64,000 nt of DNA. Origin: Candidatus Poribacteria bacterium (GTDB taxonomy: Bacteria > Poribacteria > WGA-4E > PCPOR2b). How positions within the stretch are numbered: position 1 is the stretch's first letter; each line of letters starts with the position of its first letter. The stretch lies in contig OZ242351.1 of assembly GCA_965208675.1 (NCBI GenBank), forward strand, positions 4,032,001 to 4,096,000, written 5' to 3'. Both the position numbers and the translations under genes were made by a program. Under the pieces are notes generated by a model. The model had not been told where the DNA came from and did no database searches. It saw only the letters and a program-made list of their open reading frames with translations. Of the stretch, positions 49,692-60,945 are shown piece after piece.

Positions 49692-50326
49692 AGTGTTCTA
49701 CATCTCTCTGGTCGGCCGATTTGGCAAATCTAGGGTCGGAGATTAAGCGAATTGAACCATTCTCGGAGCGTTTTCATCTAGATGTGGCTGACGGGCATTA
49801 TGTAAAAAACCTGCTGTTCTTCCCAGACATGGTCAAGGCTTTGCGGAAGCTTACCAGTCTACCGTTAGAAGTACATTTAATGGCCACTGACCCCATTGGA
49901 TGGATTGAGCCTTTCGTTGAAGCGGGTGCGGACAGCATAATTTTTTGTTTAGACGCTCCCAGCGATCCGGGCGAAGTGATTGAAGCTATTAAATCTTACG
50001 GTAAAGAGGCGGGGATATCGCTGCTCATCACAGAATCCGTCGATTTGCTTGAACCATATTGGGATGACTTAGACCTCGTCACTATTGTCGGCACAGCTAT
50101 GGGAATCAAAGGTGCCTCAATGGATGCCTCAATTCCAGGTAAGATTCGACGGTGCAGAGAAATCGCTGCTGGGTGTGGGGGAAAGATAGAAATTGAAGCC
50201 GACGGCGGGATTCGACGCGAGACAGTACCCTTGATTCATGCCGCTGGTGCGGACTATATCGTACCAGGTTCGCTTATGTTCGGTGGAGATCCGCACGAAA
50301 TGCGCCAATGGCTCGCTGCGCTGTGA
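49685..50326 (+). CDS. rpe: ribulose-phosphate 3-epimerase family protein
   Basis: SLWSAD, HLDVADGHY, EVHLM, IEADGGI; may be a sugar-phosphate epimerase paralog. Confidence 0.8.
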   Translation: MLKCSTSLWSADLANLGSEIKRIEPFSERFHLDVADGHYVKNLLFFPDMVKALRKLTSLPLEVHLMATDPIGWIEPFVEAGADSIIFCLDAPSDPGEVIEAIKSYGKEAGISLLITESVDLLEPYWDDLDLVTIVGTAMGIKGASMDASIPGKIRRCREIAAGCGGKIEIEADGGIRRETVPLIHAAGADYIVPGSLMFGGDPHEMRQWLAAL

Positions 50327-50365
50327 AAAATGGACTTTGTTGTGATTCTGTTTTACTAGCTCAGA

Positions 50366-51871
50366 TTATTGAATTACCTCAATCTCAAGTTGATTCAACG
50401 TTCGCATAACCCCTTCACCGAATTCCATCATGGAGTTTGATTCTATTTGACCGCCTGAGAGTTGAATACGATTCGCATCGGCTTGAATCTGTCCGAGTGT
50501 CGGTTCCATCGCAACCCATTCACCCACATACACCTCTGGCCAGAAATGGTAGTAGAAGGCATCACGCTGGAATACAAGCCCCATACACGCTCTGGCTGGA
50601 ATGTCAACCGAACGCGCCAACGCGATTAGCAAAACTGTGTGCTCTGTGCAATCTCCTTCCAGTGATTCTAGGGTCTGTAACGCCGATCCAAATCCAATTC
50701 TGAGGTTCTTGTCGTAAATATTGGTGTGTACCCAGCGGCACAGTTTTTTAGATGCTTTCCAAGCATCAATTTCTCCATTTACAATCTCGATCGCCTTTGC
50801 TTTAAGTGTCGGCTGATTGGATTGAATGTATACCGTAGACTTTAGGAATTCTTCAAGATCTTGACTTGCATCGGCTTGAATCGGTAGGTTTAGCACTTTT
50901 GAAGGATTAACGGCAGACACTTCGATTTCCACGGTTCCGCTGCCCGGGTGTTCATCAAGGTGCAGTTTCTGACGGCCGTTTTTTACAATTACTTCGTCCA
51001 AATTTCCACCATTGAGTCGCAACTGCGCCTTAAAATATCGGGCATTTTGAATCGGCTGTATGCCCCGAGAGAAAATCTTCGTATTGATGATGACATCTAG
51101 TTCACCGTGTTTGCCGAGCGCTGTCTCCATGTCTACTTTCGATAAAACTATCTTCATTCCCGGTATGCCGGTTTCCATACGATACGTTGTACCGTCGAGT
51201 CCTAACCAGGCAGTCGCTCTAAAGCCGCCGAAAATGTCCATCAAGTAATCAATGACAATGGCGGGCTTAGATTCTCCTCCAAATTCGACCGTATCCCCCC
51301 GAACAACTTTGACTTGCGTCTCCACGGGTCGCATAAGTTCCGTATTGAACACAGACAATGTGTATTCATCTCCGACACTGATGCCGCGTTGAAGCATCAA
51401 ATAACCGAGCGTTTCCTCAAAAATAGTATCGGGCGGAATTAATTTCTGAGACTGCGTTGTTTCTCCAGCGAGAGTGGTTTTCAAGTAGATGCTGCCATCT
51501 TTAATTTCGCCTTCAACACGTTTTTCATGTCCGGATTCCTTTGATGTCGAAATGAAGTACCGCGGAACGAAATCCATACCTACATAGTGGATTTTTGTCG
51601 TTTCCAGCTGTAACCCGGTGCCGGAACGTTTAAACTCCATCATTACATCCATGCGAGTGCGGATGGCTTCCTCGCCCCGATACTGTGATTTTTCAGTGTA
51701 GATGTGAGCATATCCAATCTTTTCGCCCATCACGGTCAAGGTTAACCAATCCTCTTGAGGAAACTGTACCATTTTTTCTGGCTCCATCGGGTCAATCTTT
51801 ACGACTTTCCCTTCGCTAATTTGAACAAATAGAACAAGCAGAAAGCAATTGAGCAAAATAATTGGTCTCAT
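50366..51871 (-). CDS. exported transglutaminase-like domain protein
   Basis: signal peptide; GDCTEH, HFWPEVY, MEPT. Confidence 0.88.
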   Translation of the reverse strand: MRPIILLNCFLLVLFVQISEGKVVKIDPMEPEKMVQFPQEDWLTLTVMGEKIGYAHIYTEKSQYRGEEAIRTRMDVMMEFKRSGTGLQLETTKIHYVGMDFVPRYFISTSKESGHEKRVEGEIKDGSIYLKTTLAGETTQSQKLIPPDTIFEETLGYLMLQRGISVGDEYTLSVFNTELMRPVETQVKVVRGDTVEFGGESKPAIVIDYLMDIFGGFRATAWLGLDGTTYRMETGIPGMKIVLSKVDMETALGKHGELDVIINTKIFSRGIQPIQNARYFKAQLRLNGGNLDEVIVKNGRQKLHLDEHPGSGTVEIEVSAVNPSKVLNLPIQADASQDLEEFLKSTVYIQSNQPTLKAKAIEIVNGEIDAWKASKKLCRWVHTNIYDKNLRIGFGSALQTLESLEGDCTEHTVLLIALARSVDIPARACMGLVFQRDAFYYHFWPEVYVGEWVAMEPTLGQIQADANRIQLSGGQIESNSMMEFGEGVMRTLNQLEIEVIQ

Positions 51872-52173
51872 GCGCTACCAATCCTTTTTTCGGGTTTTAG
51901 AGTGCACGGGTGGCTTAGGCGTTAGCTAAAATGGGGGTCATTACCAAATTCCACCCATGTAAGCAAATTTTTCGAAGGGATCGGCGTTGAAAATTCTTCA
52001 ATTTCATTGAGCTGTAGAAAAGGACGCCCTCTGAAAGGAAAGTTCAACTACGATGAAGAACTACAAAGAATTGGGTATATTTAGAAAGTAAAAAAGTAAA
52101 GAAAACTACCAAATCACAGAAAAAGCGGATGGCTACTAAACGATTTCGGCTTGCCTCATGTTTTTTCCAACAT

Positions 52174-55100
52174 TCAGTCGGCGGCCTGTTCATCAAGGGA
52201 CAGAATTGGCGAATCGGTTGGCGGCATAGGAGATTCCGGTTCTGTTCGCGGTAAAATCTCGATTTTCCTGAATTGCGATACGCCTGTTCCCGCTGGGATT
52301 AAACGCCCCATGATTACATTTTCCTTCAGTCCCTTGAGATAATCCCGTTTCCCTACAACAGTAGCTTTTGTCAGCACATTTGTAGTCTGCTGAAACGATG
52401 CGGCGGAAATGAAACTTTCTGTACTCAACGCCGCCTTAGTAATTCCTTGTAGAATTGGTTCCGCCATCGCCGGTTGTCCATCTTCACTCATGGCGTGGCG
52501 ATTGACTCGGTTGAACGTTGAACGATCTACCTCGTCATCCTCAAGGAATTCCGTACTCCCAGGGGACGTAATCCGAACCTTATTGAGCATGCGGCGAATA
52601 ATGACCTCAATATGTTTATCATTTATCCGTTCCCCTTGTGTGCGGTAAACTTCCTGCACCTCATTCACCAAATAGGATTGAACAGCTTCTTCGCCTTTGA
52701 CCTCTAATATGTCATGAGGGTTAATCGGACCGTCTGTCACGCGTTCGCCGGCTTCAACTAAATCCCCATCGTGAACGATAAGGTGTTTTCCCATCGGAAT
52801 GCGGTAAGGCCTGCTTGATACATCGGTATGCACAATCCGTAACTGCCGCATTCCACGGTTGATGCCTTCCAGCTTCACATGCCCCTCGATTTCGGCGATT
52901 ATTGCTGCATCCCTAGGACGGCGGGCTTCAAAGAGTTCAGTCACGCGAGGGAGACCGGTGACAATGTCCCGACTTTTTGCTGTTTCTCGTGGAAGCCGCG
53001 CCAAAACGGTGCCAGGAGTGACCATTTCCTCATCTGTCACGGAGAGGTGGGCTCCAGTTGGCATAAGGTAACTGGCCAAAAGTTCCTCATTGTCAGAATA
53101 GATTTCAATTCGTGGTTGATCCTCTCCCTTATATTCGATTATCACCCGTTCTGCCAATCCAGTGGCTTTATCTTCCCGCATGGTCCTGCCTTCAACAATA
53201 TCTTGAAACACTGCTTTCCCTTGATATTCTGTCAAAATCGGCACTCGATACGGATCCCATTCAAGAAGAAGTGATGGTGTCTGCTCCTCGGCATGCGGGT
53301 CGCCTTTGGTCACCCTCTGTCCTTCATCGACACATAGTCGTGCACCAATTTGCGCATCGTGACGCTCAATCACCCGTCCATTTTCATCAACAATCCGTAG
53401 TTGAGCGTTTCGAGAAAGCACAATCTTCTCAATTTCCGGCTGGCCATTGGTTGTTGATTTGTCCAAAGACGTATCATCAACCTGAACCGGATGTTCAACA
53501 AATCTGACACTGTGGTACTTGACCACACCGTCATGTCGCGCTTCAATTCGGGATTGGAAGCCACCACCGCTTACAGTTCCACCGGTGTGAAACGTCCGCA
53601 TCGTCAACTGGGTTCCGGGCTCGCCGATTGACTGCGCAGCAATAATGCCAATTGCTTCCCCCATATCGACCAACTGTCCGGTTGTCAAGTCTGTACCATA
53701 ACATAGCGCACACACGCCATGCGCAGCCTCACAAGTAAGTGCAGACCGAATGCGGAGGCTCGTTACGCCGACAGCTTCAATCTTATCCGCTATTTGACGG
53801 CTGATAAGCATATCTCTAGCAATAATGACTTCATTTGTGTTTGGATCTGAAATGTCCTCTGCAACTGTTCGGCCAGTGATGCGATCGGAGAAGGTGTCAT
53901 CTTCATCCTCGCTAGCCACCTTGGTAATGCCATTTAATGTCCCACAGTTCTTTGTGGTAATCATCATGTCTTGCGCTACGTCGACTAATTTGCGGGTCAG
54001 ATAACCACTGCTCGCGGTCTTAATCGCTGTGTCTGCCAACCCTTTTCGTGCACCGTGTGTAGAGATGAAGTATTCGAGCACGGATAATCCCTCTCGGAAA
54101 GACGATTCAATCGGTTGTTCGATGATTTCCCCGGATGGCTTGGTCATTAGTCCTCGCATGCCGCTTATCTGGCGAATCGATTCTTTTCTGGATCGGGCCC
54201 CGGAATCCACCATGATATGAACCGGATTAAATCCCTTTATCTCATCGTCACGTCCCTGTTCTAGTTCTTCGAACAATGCAGTTTCGATGTCTTCAATCAG
54301 TTGATGCCAGACATCAATGACTTTATTATATCGTTCTCCTGGGCTCATCCCGCCGCCCACATATGCCTCGTCAATCTCTGTTACTTGCGCTCGCGCTGCT
54401 TGGATAGATTCCTGTTTTTTTGATGGAACTATTAAATCTCCAATGCCAATCGAGATTCCAGCCACAGTCGCATAATGAAATCCGAGCTGTTTGAGTTCAT
54501 CAATAAATTCCACCGTACGGCGGTTTCCGAGTTCCTCAAAACAACGTGACACTAGACGTGAAAGATCTTTTCCCTGCATTTCCCAATTGATAAACGGGAT
54601 TTGCCGTTCAACTTTGGGATTGGTGAACATCAGGTCGTTTGGAATAATTTGGTTAAAAATTACCCGACCCACCGTTGTCTCAACCGGCGGTATTGCATCA
54701 TCAATGTGAAGCAGCACCGGATCGTGCAGACCCAAAATTCCACACTCATGAGCAAGAATCACTTCCTGTTGATTCTGATAGTGGCGTGGTGTTGCAATTT
54801 GACATACGCCATCTCGGTTTGCTTGAGGAATAGATTTTGTGAGGAAACTGCAACCGAGTACAACATCAAGATTGGGTACTGCCGTGGCCTCACCGTGAGC
54901 CGGCTTCAAGATGTTTCGAGTAGCCATCATGAGTAGCTTCGATTCAACCTGCGCTTCAACACTCAAAGGCACATGCACCGCCATCTGGTCTCCATCAAAG
55001 TCAGCGTTGAAGGCAGTGCAAACCAGAGGGTTGATTCGGATTGCCTTTCCTTCAACCAGTGACGGTTGAAACGCCTGAATCCCAAGGCGGTGGAGTGTCG

Positions 55101-56421
55101 GCGGGCGGTTGAGCAATACAGGATGTTCGTCAATCACCTCTTCAAGGACTTCCCACACCTCGGGAGAAACCTTTTCTGCCATATTCTTGGCACGTTTGAT
55201 AGTGTGAGCATATCCCTTTTCTTGTAGTTTTCGAATGATGAACGGCTTGAACAATTCCAGTGCCATAGCCTTGGGCAAGCCGCATTGATGTAGCTTAAGT
55301 TCGGGCCCCACAACTATGACAGATCTGCCCGAATAATCGACCCGTTTCCCGAGCAGGTTTTGGCGAAAACGTCCCACCTTACCTTTGAGCATGTCGCTCA
55401 AAGACTTCAACGGACGATTCCCCGGTCCGCGTACTACCCGACCATGCCGGCCATTGTCCAACAACGCATCAACAGCTTCTTGAAGCATTCGCTTTTCGTT
55501 CCGAATGATTACCTCTGGCGCACGCAATTCCATCAATCGTTTTAACCGATTGTTACGGTTGATTACCCGTCGGTACAAGTCATTGAGGTCGCTGGTTGCG
55601 AAACGTCCGCCGTCAAGTGCGACTAGTGGGCGTAAATCTGGTGGAATCACCGGTATTTCGGTAAGAATCATCCAATGCGGTTTGTTGCCCGATTTCAAAA
55701 AACCGAGCACCGATTTCAACCGTTTTGAAAGTTTCCGCGCTTTCTGTTTACTCCCAGTTTCGTCCAATTCAGCGCGCAGCGTTTGGGCTTCTTGCTCTAA
55801 ATCAATCCGTTCAAGCAGTTCTCGAATTGCTTCCGCCCCCATTTCAGCTCGGAAATCATACTGAGCTTTGTGTTTATTGTACTCCTCCTCTGACAGCAAC
55901 TGCTTTACCGCCAGTGGGCATTCCGAATCATTGACATCAAGCACAACGTACGCTTCAAAATAGAGTATTCGTTCAATGTCACGAAACGACAGATCCAAAA
56001 AGAGGCCGATTCGGGATGGCAGCCCTTTAAAGTACCATACATGTGAGACTGGCGCCGCCAACTGGATATATCCCATCCTTTCCCGGCGCACCTTTTGTTG
56101 AGTTACCTCAACACCGCAGCGATCACAAATCACCCCTTTATGCTTAATGCGTTTGTACTTTCCGCACGCACATTCCCAGTCCTTCTGAGGACCAAAAATC
56201 GCCTCACAAAATAAACCCTCGCGTTCCGGGCGAAACGTCCGATAGTTAATGGTTTCAGGTTTGCGAACCTCGGCGCAGTTGCACTCTCCCATCATCGGAC
56301 AAGGCCAGACTTTGCTCGCTCGTTTTTTGCAAGAAGCCTGTTTTGCCCAACTCTTAATCTGGTCTGGCGAGGCAATTCGGATGGAGATTGCATCAAAATT
56401 ATTCAAATTCTTTGTATCCAA
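52174..56421 (-). CDS. rpoC: DNA-directed RNA polymerase subunit beta'
   Basis: [34 protein letters not shown]; TTG start after AAGGAG. Confidence 0.98.
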   Translation of the reverse strand: MDTKNLNNFDAISIRIASPDQIKSWAKQASCKKRASKVWPCPMMGECNCAEVRKPETINYRTFRPEREGLFCEAIFGPQKDWECACGKYKRIKHKGVICDRCGVEVTQQKVRRERMGYIQLAAPVSHVWYFKGLPSRIGLFLDLSFRDIERILYFEAYVVLDVNDSECPLAVKQLLSEEEYNKHKAQYDFRAEMGAEAIRELLERIDLEQEAQTLRAELDETGSKQKARKLSKRLKSVLGFLKSGNKPHWMILTEIPVIPPDLRPLVALDGGRFATSDLNDLYRRVINRNNRLKRLMELRAPEVIIRNEKRMLQEAVDALLDNGRHGRVVRGPGNRPLKSLSDMLKGKVGRFRQNLLGKRVDYSGRSVIVVGPELKLHQCGLPKAMALELFKPFIIRKLQEKGYAHTIKRAKNMAEKVSPEVWEVLEEVIDEHPVLLNRPPTLHRLGIQAFQPSLVEGKAIRINPLVCTAFNADFDGDQMAVHVPLSVEAQVESKLLMMATRNILKPAHGEATAVPNLDVVLGCSFLTKSIPQANRDGVCQIATPRHYQNQQEVILAHECGILGLHDPVLLHIDDAIPPVETTVGRVIFNQIIPNDLMFTNPKVERQIPFINWEMQGKDLSRLVSRCFEELGNRRTVEFIDELKQLGFHYATVAGISIGIGDLIVPSKKQESIQAARAQVTEIDEAYVGGGMSPGERYNKVIDVWHQLIEDIETALFEELEQGRDDEIKGFNPVHIMVDSGARSRKESIRQISGMRGLMTKPSGEIIEQPIESSFREGLSVLEYFISTHGARKGLADTAIKTASSGYLTRKLVDVAQDMMITTKNCGTLNGITKVASEDEDDTFSDRITGRTVAEDISDPNTNEVIIARDMLISRQIADKIEAVGVTSLRIRSALTCEAAHGVCALCYGTDLTTGQLVDMGEAIGIIAAQSIGEPGTQLTMRTFHTGGTVSGGGFQSRIEARHDGVVKYHSVRFVEHPVQVDDTSLDKSTTNGQPEIEKIVLSRNAQLRIVDENGRVIERHDAQIGARLCVDEGQRVTKGDPHAEEQTPSLLLEWDPYRVPILTEYQGKAVFQDIVEGRTMREDKATGLAERVIIEYKGEDQPRIEIYSDNEELLASYLMPTGAHLSVTDEEMVTPGTVLARLPRETAKSRDIVTGLPRVTELFEARRPRDAAIIAEIEGHVKLEGINRGMRQLRIVHTDVSSRPYRIPMGKHLIVHDGDLVEAGERVTDGPINPHDILEVKGEEAVQSYLVNEVQEVYRTQGERINDKHIEVIIRRMLNKVRITSPGSTEFLEDDEVDRSTFNRVNRHAMSEDGQPAMAEPILQGITKAALSTESFISAASFQQTTNVLTKATVVGKRDYLKGLKENVIMGRLIPAGTGVSQFRKIEILPRTEPESPMPPTDSPILSLDEQAAD

Positions 56422-56500
56422 GGTGCTTCTCCTTATACATAGGGGTATATGGAAAGTTGCTAATTTCTCAATGCTTTAATTTCTGGGTCAATTTCTTAGC

Positions 56501-59500
56501 TCAATTCTTATCCTCCCAGTTCGTCGCATCCGCATCAAACTCAAGTTCTTCGGGGACATCTCCGATTTCCTCAAGGTCAACATCTAGGCACAAACTCTGA
56601 AGCTCCTTGACTAGCACGTTAAAGGACTCCGGTGTGCCGGGTGCCGGGGCATTTTCGCCCTTGACAATGGCCTCATATATCTTACTTCTACCGGCGACAT
56701 CATCCGATTTGATGGTCAACAACTCTTGGAGGGTGTAGGCAGCGCCATAAGCTTCCAAAGCCCAAACTTCCATCTCGCCAAATCGTTGTCCGCCTTGTTG
56801 AGCTTTTCCACCCAGTGGTTGCTGCGTCACCAAGGAGTAAGGTCCAGTGCTGCGGGCATGAATCTTATCGTCTACCAAGTGGTTCAACTTGAGAATGTAG
56901 GCATAGCCGACAGTGGTTTCCTGCTCGAAATGAGAACCGGTTCGACCGTCGAAGAGTTTTGCTTTTCCGGTTGGCGGGAGTCCTGCATCATTCAGCAATT
57001 CCTGTATCTCGTTTTCTGTGGCGCCGTCGAAAACAGGCGTTGCGATGTATAACCCTAATTTTTCAACCGCCCATCCGAGATGTGTTTCGAGAATCTGTCC
57101 GACATTCATGCGCGAGGGCACGCCCAATGGGTTTAACACAATCTCGACAGGGGTGCCATCTTCCAAATAAGGCATATCTTCCTGGGGAAGAATTTTTGCG
57201 ACTACCCCCTTGTTTCCATGCCGCCCAGCTATCTTATCGCCAACAGCAATTTTTCGCCGATTGGCAACATAGACCTTGACAAGTTTAATTACGCCCGGCT
57301 TGAGTTCGTCACCTTTGCGAATCTTCTCAATCTTCGCCTCCTTTTCCGTTGTTAAGGCTTCGACTCGACCTTTCGCCAAATAACGAATGCGGGCAATGCG
57401 TTCCATGGCTTCAGAATCCGTCACTTGAAAATCCTCAAGAGGAACACCGCTGTCAATAATTTCTTCAATAACCACATCCCCACGCTGCGCCACAATCTCT
57501 TCTTCCATATCTTCTGCTGCGGATTTCCGAAGTTCGTTAGCAAGCGTCCCGCCCAATAGTGCATTTCGAATCTCTGCATGTTCTCGCTGTTGAATTAGCG
57601 CACATTTGGACTCCCACTCTTTTTCCACTTCTTTCTCTTTGGCGGCTTCCCGAAGCTGTGCTTGACGATCCTTGTCCCTATCTCTTCGAGAGAAGACTCT
57701 GACATCAATAACTACGCCTTCAACACCCGTCCTGGCATACGTCGAGGCGTCGCGCACTTCTCCCACTTTTTCTCCGAAGATCGCGCGCAGCAGTTTCTCT
57801 TCAGGCCCGAGATCGCTTTCCCCTTTCGGAGTTACCTTCCCGACAAGTATACTGCCTTGTCTGACAATCGATCCGACTCGGATAATCCCCTCGTCGTCAA
57901 GCTGGCTAAGCGCTTCTTCAGGGAGGTTAGGAATATCACGGGTGATTTCTTCTCGCCCCATCTTTGTATCTCGTGCTTCAACTTCAAACTCATCAATGTG
58001 AATAGAGGTAAAAGTATCATCAGTCACCAGTGATTCACTGATTAAAATGGCGTCTTCAAAGTTATAGCCTTCCCACGGCATAAAGGCTACGAGTACATTG
58101 CTGCCTAGTGCAAGTTCGCCGTTATCAGTGGCTGTGCCGTCCGCGATTACCTGCCTGGCATTGACCTTTTCGCCGACATCAACACAGGGACGTTGATGGA
58201 TGCATGTCCCGCTGTTGGATCGCCTAAAGTTCATTAGGCGGTAAACATCGTAGCCCATTTCCGAAAAGGATTGTTCCCCGCCGTCAACATTAAAGGCATC
58301 TTCCGTGCGGATGATAATCTCAGATGCAGAAACGCTTTCAACAGTCCCGTCTCGCTTTGCCAAAACCACTGCGCCCGAATCTCGGGCAGCTTTGGATTCC
58401 ATGCCAGTCCCGATTCGGGGCGCTTCGGGGCTAATCAGAGGCACAGCTTGGCGCTGCATGTTACTCCCCATTAACGCCCGGTTCGCATCGTCATGTTCAA
58501 GGAATGGAATGAGCGCCGCAGATACCCCCACAATCTGCTTGGGGGACACATCTATGTAATCAATTTCTTTGGGAGATTTCCGAGGAAAATCCCCCTGATA
58601 TCGGGTGACCAACCCATCCCCAACCAGTTTGCCGCGTTTATCAAGCAATGTATTTGCTTGTGCAATCGCAAAATCATCCTCTTTGTCCGCTGTCAGATAG
58701 TCAATCTGATCCGTGGCTCGTCCTTTGACCACCTTGCGGTACGGAGTTTCCAGAAAACCGTAGGCGTTTACCCGTGCGTATGTGCTCAGCGAGACAATCA
58801 AGCCGACGGATGGCCCTTCTGGAGTCTCGATCGGACACACCCTGCCGTAGTGAGTGCGGTGAACATCGCGCACCTCAAAAGTTGCACGTTCACGGTGCAA
58901 TCCCCCCGGGCCAAGCGCGCTGAGTCGACGTTTGTGGGTCAATTCGTCTAGCGGGTTAGTCTGCTGCATAAATTGGGAGAGTTGGCTGGATCCAAAGAAA
59001 TCTTTAATTGCCGCCGCCAATGGTTTGGGGTTAATGAGATCCGTCGCGGTGACGTTTTCAAGCTCTTGGATTGTCATGCGCTCACGGGTTGCCCGCGTGA
59101 CACGCATTATACCCATCCGCACCTGGTTTTGCAGCAACTCCCCGACCGCTCGCACGCGTCGATTACCCAGGTGATCGATATCGTCGGTTACTCCATCGCC
59201 GTTTTGGAGGTCAATCAGGTATTTGAGCGCTGCTGCAATGTCTTCTTTACGCAGGGTACGCACGCCTTCATCAACCATTCCGTTGCCATTATGGTAAATG
59301 GGAAGTCCACCCAGTTTTTCGTTGAGCTTGTAACGTCCGACTCGAGATAGGTCATATCGGACTGGATCGAAGACCATCTTTTCAAAACGGTTGCGTGCGC
59401 TCTCTATTGTCGGCGGATCGCCCGGCTGGAGTTTGCGGAAAATTTCCACCAAAGCCTGATCTTGAATATGCCCAGCTTTATAATCAGATTGGCGGTCACG

Positions 59501-60418
59501 TTCTAGGGTATTCCTTAACAATCGGATTTCTTCCGCATCCTTTTCGTCCAATACTTCAACCTTATCGACTCCCGATTCTATGCATGCAGTCAGGCAATCA
59601 TTCGTCAGCTCTGTGTTGGCTTCCAACAGCACCTCTCCGGTATCCGGATTGACTACCGGGCTGGCTGTGATTCGACTTTCTAGCGCCCCAATCGTAGCGG
59701 CGTCATTCACAATTTCGTAGCTATTGACATTCGCAAATAGCTTGAGAATCTGCTCATCGGTTTCCCAACCGAGTGCGCGGAGCAGCACGGTAATGAGCAT
59801 TTTTTTGCGCCGAGCCAAACGGACATGAATCAAATCTTTGATGTCGCATTCAAACTCTATCCACTCGCCGCGATACGGGATAATCCTTGCCGTGAACAGT
59901 TTTTGCCCGCTGGTATGGGTATCTTCGCTAAAGGTTGCTCCAGGCGAACGGTGAAGTTGGCTGACAATCACCCGTTCTGCACCGTTGATTACGAATGTGC
60001 CATTTTCCGTCATTAACGGAAGTTCACCCATATAGACTTCGTTTTCTTTGATGTCAATCGTGTTCTTGTCACCAGTGTCTTTATCCTGCTCTCGAAAAAC
60101 CAAACGGACGCGAACCTTGAGCGGCACCGCGTAGGTAAATCCGCGAGATTGACATTCGTTAATATCGTATTTGGGGGAACTAAGGGTGTAATTAACATAT
60201 TCGAGGCTGGAAGTTTCGCTAAAATCCATAATTGGGAAAATTTCGCTGAAGATGGCTTGCAACCCAATATCTTCACGTTCATCGGGAGCGACGTTTCGCT
60301 GTAGGAACTTGTCGTAGGAGAACTTTTGGACCTCAATCAGGTCGGGGAGATTCATAATCTCCGGGATTTTTGCGAAGGGACGTCGGTCACGCTTACCAAA
60401 TTCGATGCGGTGGGGCAT
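56501..60418 (-). CDS. rpoB: DNA-directed RNA polymerase subunit beta
   Basis: [44 protein letters not shown]. Confidence 0.98.
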   Translation of the reverse strand: MPHRIEFGKRDRRPFAKIPEIMNLPDLIEVQKFSYDKFLQRNVAPDEREDIGLQAIFSEIFPIMDFSETSSLEYVNYTLSSPKYDINECQSRGFTYAVPLKVRVRLVFREQDKDTGDKNTIDIKENEVYMGELPLMTENGTFVINGAERVIVSQLHRSPGATFSEDTHTSGQKLFTARIIPYRGEWIEFECDIKDLIHVRLARRKKMLITVLLRALGWETDEQILKLFANVNSYEIVNDAATIGALESRITASPVVNPDTGEVLLEANTELTNDCLTACIESGVDKVEVLDEKDAEEIRLLRNTLERDRQSDYKAGHIQDQALVEIFRKLQPGDPPTIESARNRFEKMVFDPVRYDLSRVGRYKLNEKLGGLPIYHNGNGMVDEGVRTLRKEDIAAALKYLIDLQNGDGVTDDIDHLGNRRVRAVGELLQNQVRMGIMRVTRATRERMTIQELENVTATDLINPKPLAAAIKDFFGSSQLSQFMQQTNPLDELTHKRRLSALGPGGLHRERATFEVRDVHRTHYGRVCPIETPEGPSVGLIVSLSTYARVNAYGFLETPYRKVVKGRATDQIDYLTADKEDDFAIAQANTLLDKRGKLVGDGLVTRYQGDFPRKSPKEIDYIDVSPKQIVGVSAALIPFLEHDDANRALMGSNMQRQAVPLISPEAPRIGTGMESKAARDSGAVVLAKRDGTVESVSASEIIIRTEDAFNVDGGEQSFSEMGYDVYRLMNFRRSNSGTCIHQRPCVDVGEKVNARQVIADGTATDNGELALGSNVLVAFMPWEGYNFEDAILISESLVTDDTFTSIHIDEFEVEARDTKMGREEITRDIPNLPEEALSQLDDEGIIRVGSIVRQGSILVGKVTPKGESDLGPEEKLLRAIFGEKVGEVRDASTYARTGVEGVVIDVRVFSRRDRDKDRQAQLREAAKEKEVEKEWESKCALIQQREHAEIRNALLGGTLANELRKSAAEDMEEEIVAQRGDVVIEEIIDSGVPLEDFQVTDSEAMERIARIRYLAKGRVEALTTEKEAKIEKIRKGDELKPGVIKLVKVYVANRRKIAVGDKIAGRHGNKGVVAKILPQEDMPYLEDGTPVEIVLNPLGVPSRMNVGQILETHLGWAVEKLGLYIATPVFDGATENEIQELLNDAGLPPTGKAKLFDGRTGSHFEQETTVGYAYILKLNHLVDDKIHARSTGPYSLVTQQPLGGKAQQGGQRFGEMEVWALEAYGAAYTLQELLTIKSDDVAGRSKIYEAIVKGENAPAPGTPESFNVLVKELQSLCLDVDLEEIGDVPEELEFDADATNWEDKN

Positions 60419-60491
60419 ACTTTCACCTTTATACTTAGAAGGTTAAAGGGGGATGGCGCAATGTTCAAATTGTAAACCACGCAAACCTAAT

Positions 60492-60520
60492 ATTATACAG
60501 AAAGATTTTTCCAATGTCAA
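60492..60520 (-). promoter_or_regulatory. consensus sigma70 promoter of rpoBC
   Basis: perfect TTGACA-17 bp-TATAAT on minus strand, about 75 bp upstream of rpoB. Confidence 0.8.
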
Positions 60521-60945
60521 GTTCTCTACTTAAATTTCTACACTTAAAACGAAAAAAGGTTGCCTTAAGTATAAAAAATTTTGTGCAAACTACTGATTGA
60601 TAGCTTTTTTGTCGCCGTGCGGTGGTATCAATACTAGGGTTGGGCATGACCGGATTGGGGATGCCACTGATCAACACGAACATGTTCTATCTGATTAGAC
60701 GTAAATCGTTGTGTTTGGCTTTAGAGTAGCGTGGTAAGACGGTGCGCGGGTAAGTAGATTAACGAACGCATTTGGCGGATTTTCAGGAACTTCAAGGGTA
60801 TTCCGCAGATAATTTTTCGATCATTTCCTTTTCATTGGCTAGGCCTTCATCTGAATGTACAGCGGTTGTTAGACAGTAAATCGCCGCCTCGCTGCAAATA
60901 TGTGTAAAATGCTTGCTCCTTTTCTTCAAATTTATCGTGACGACC

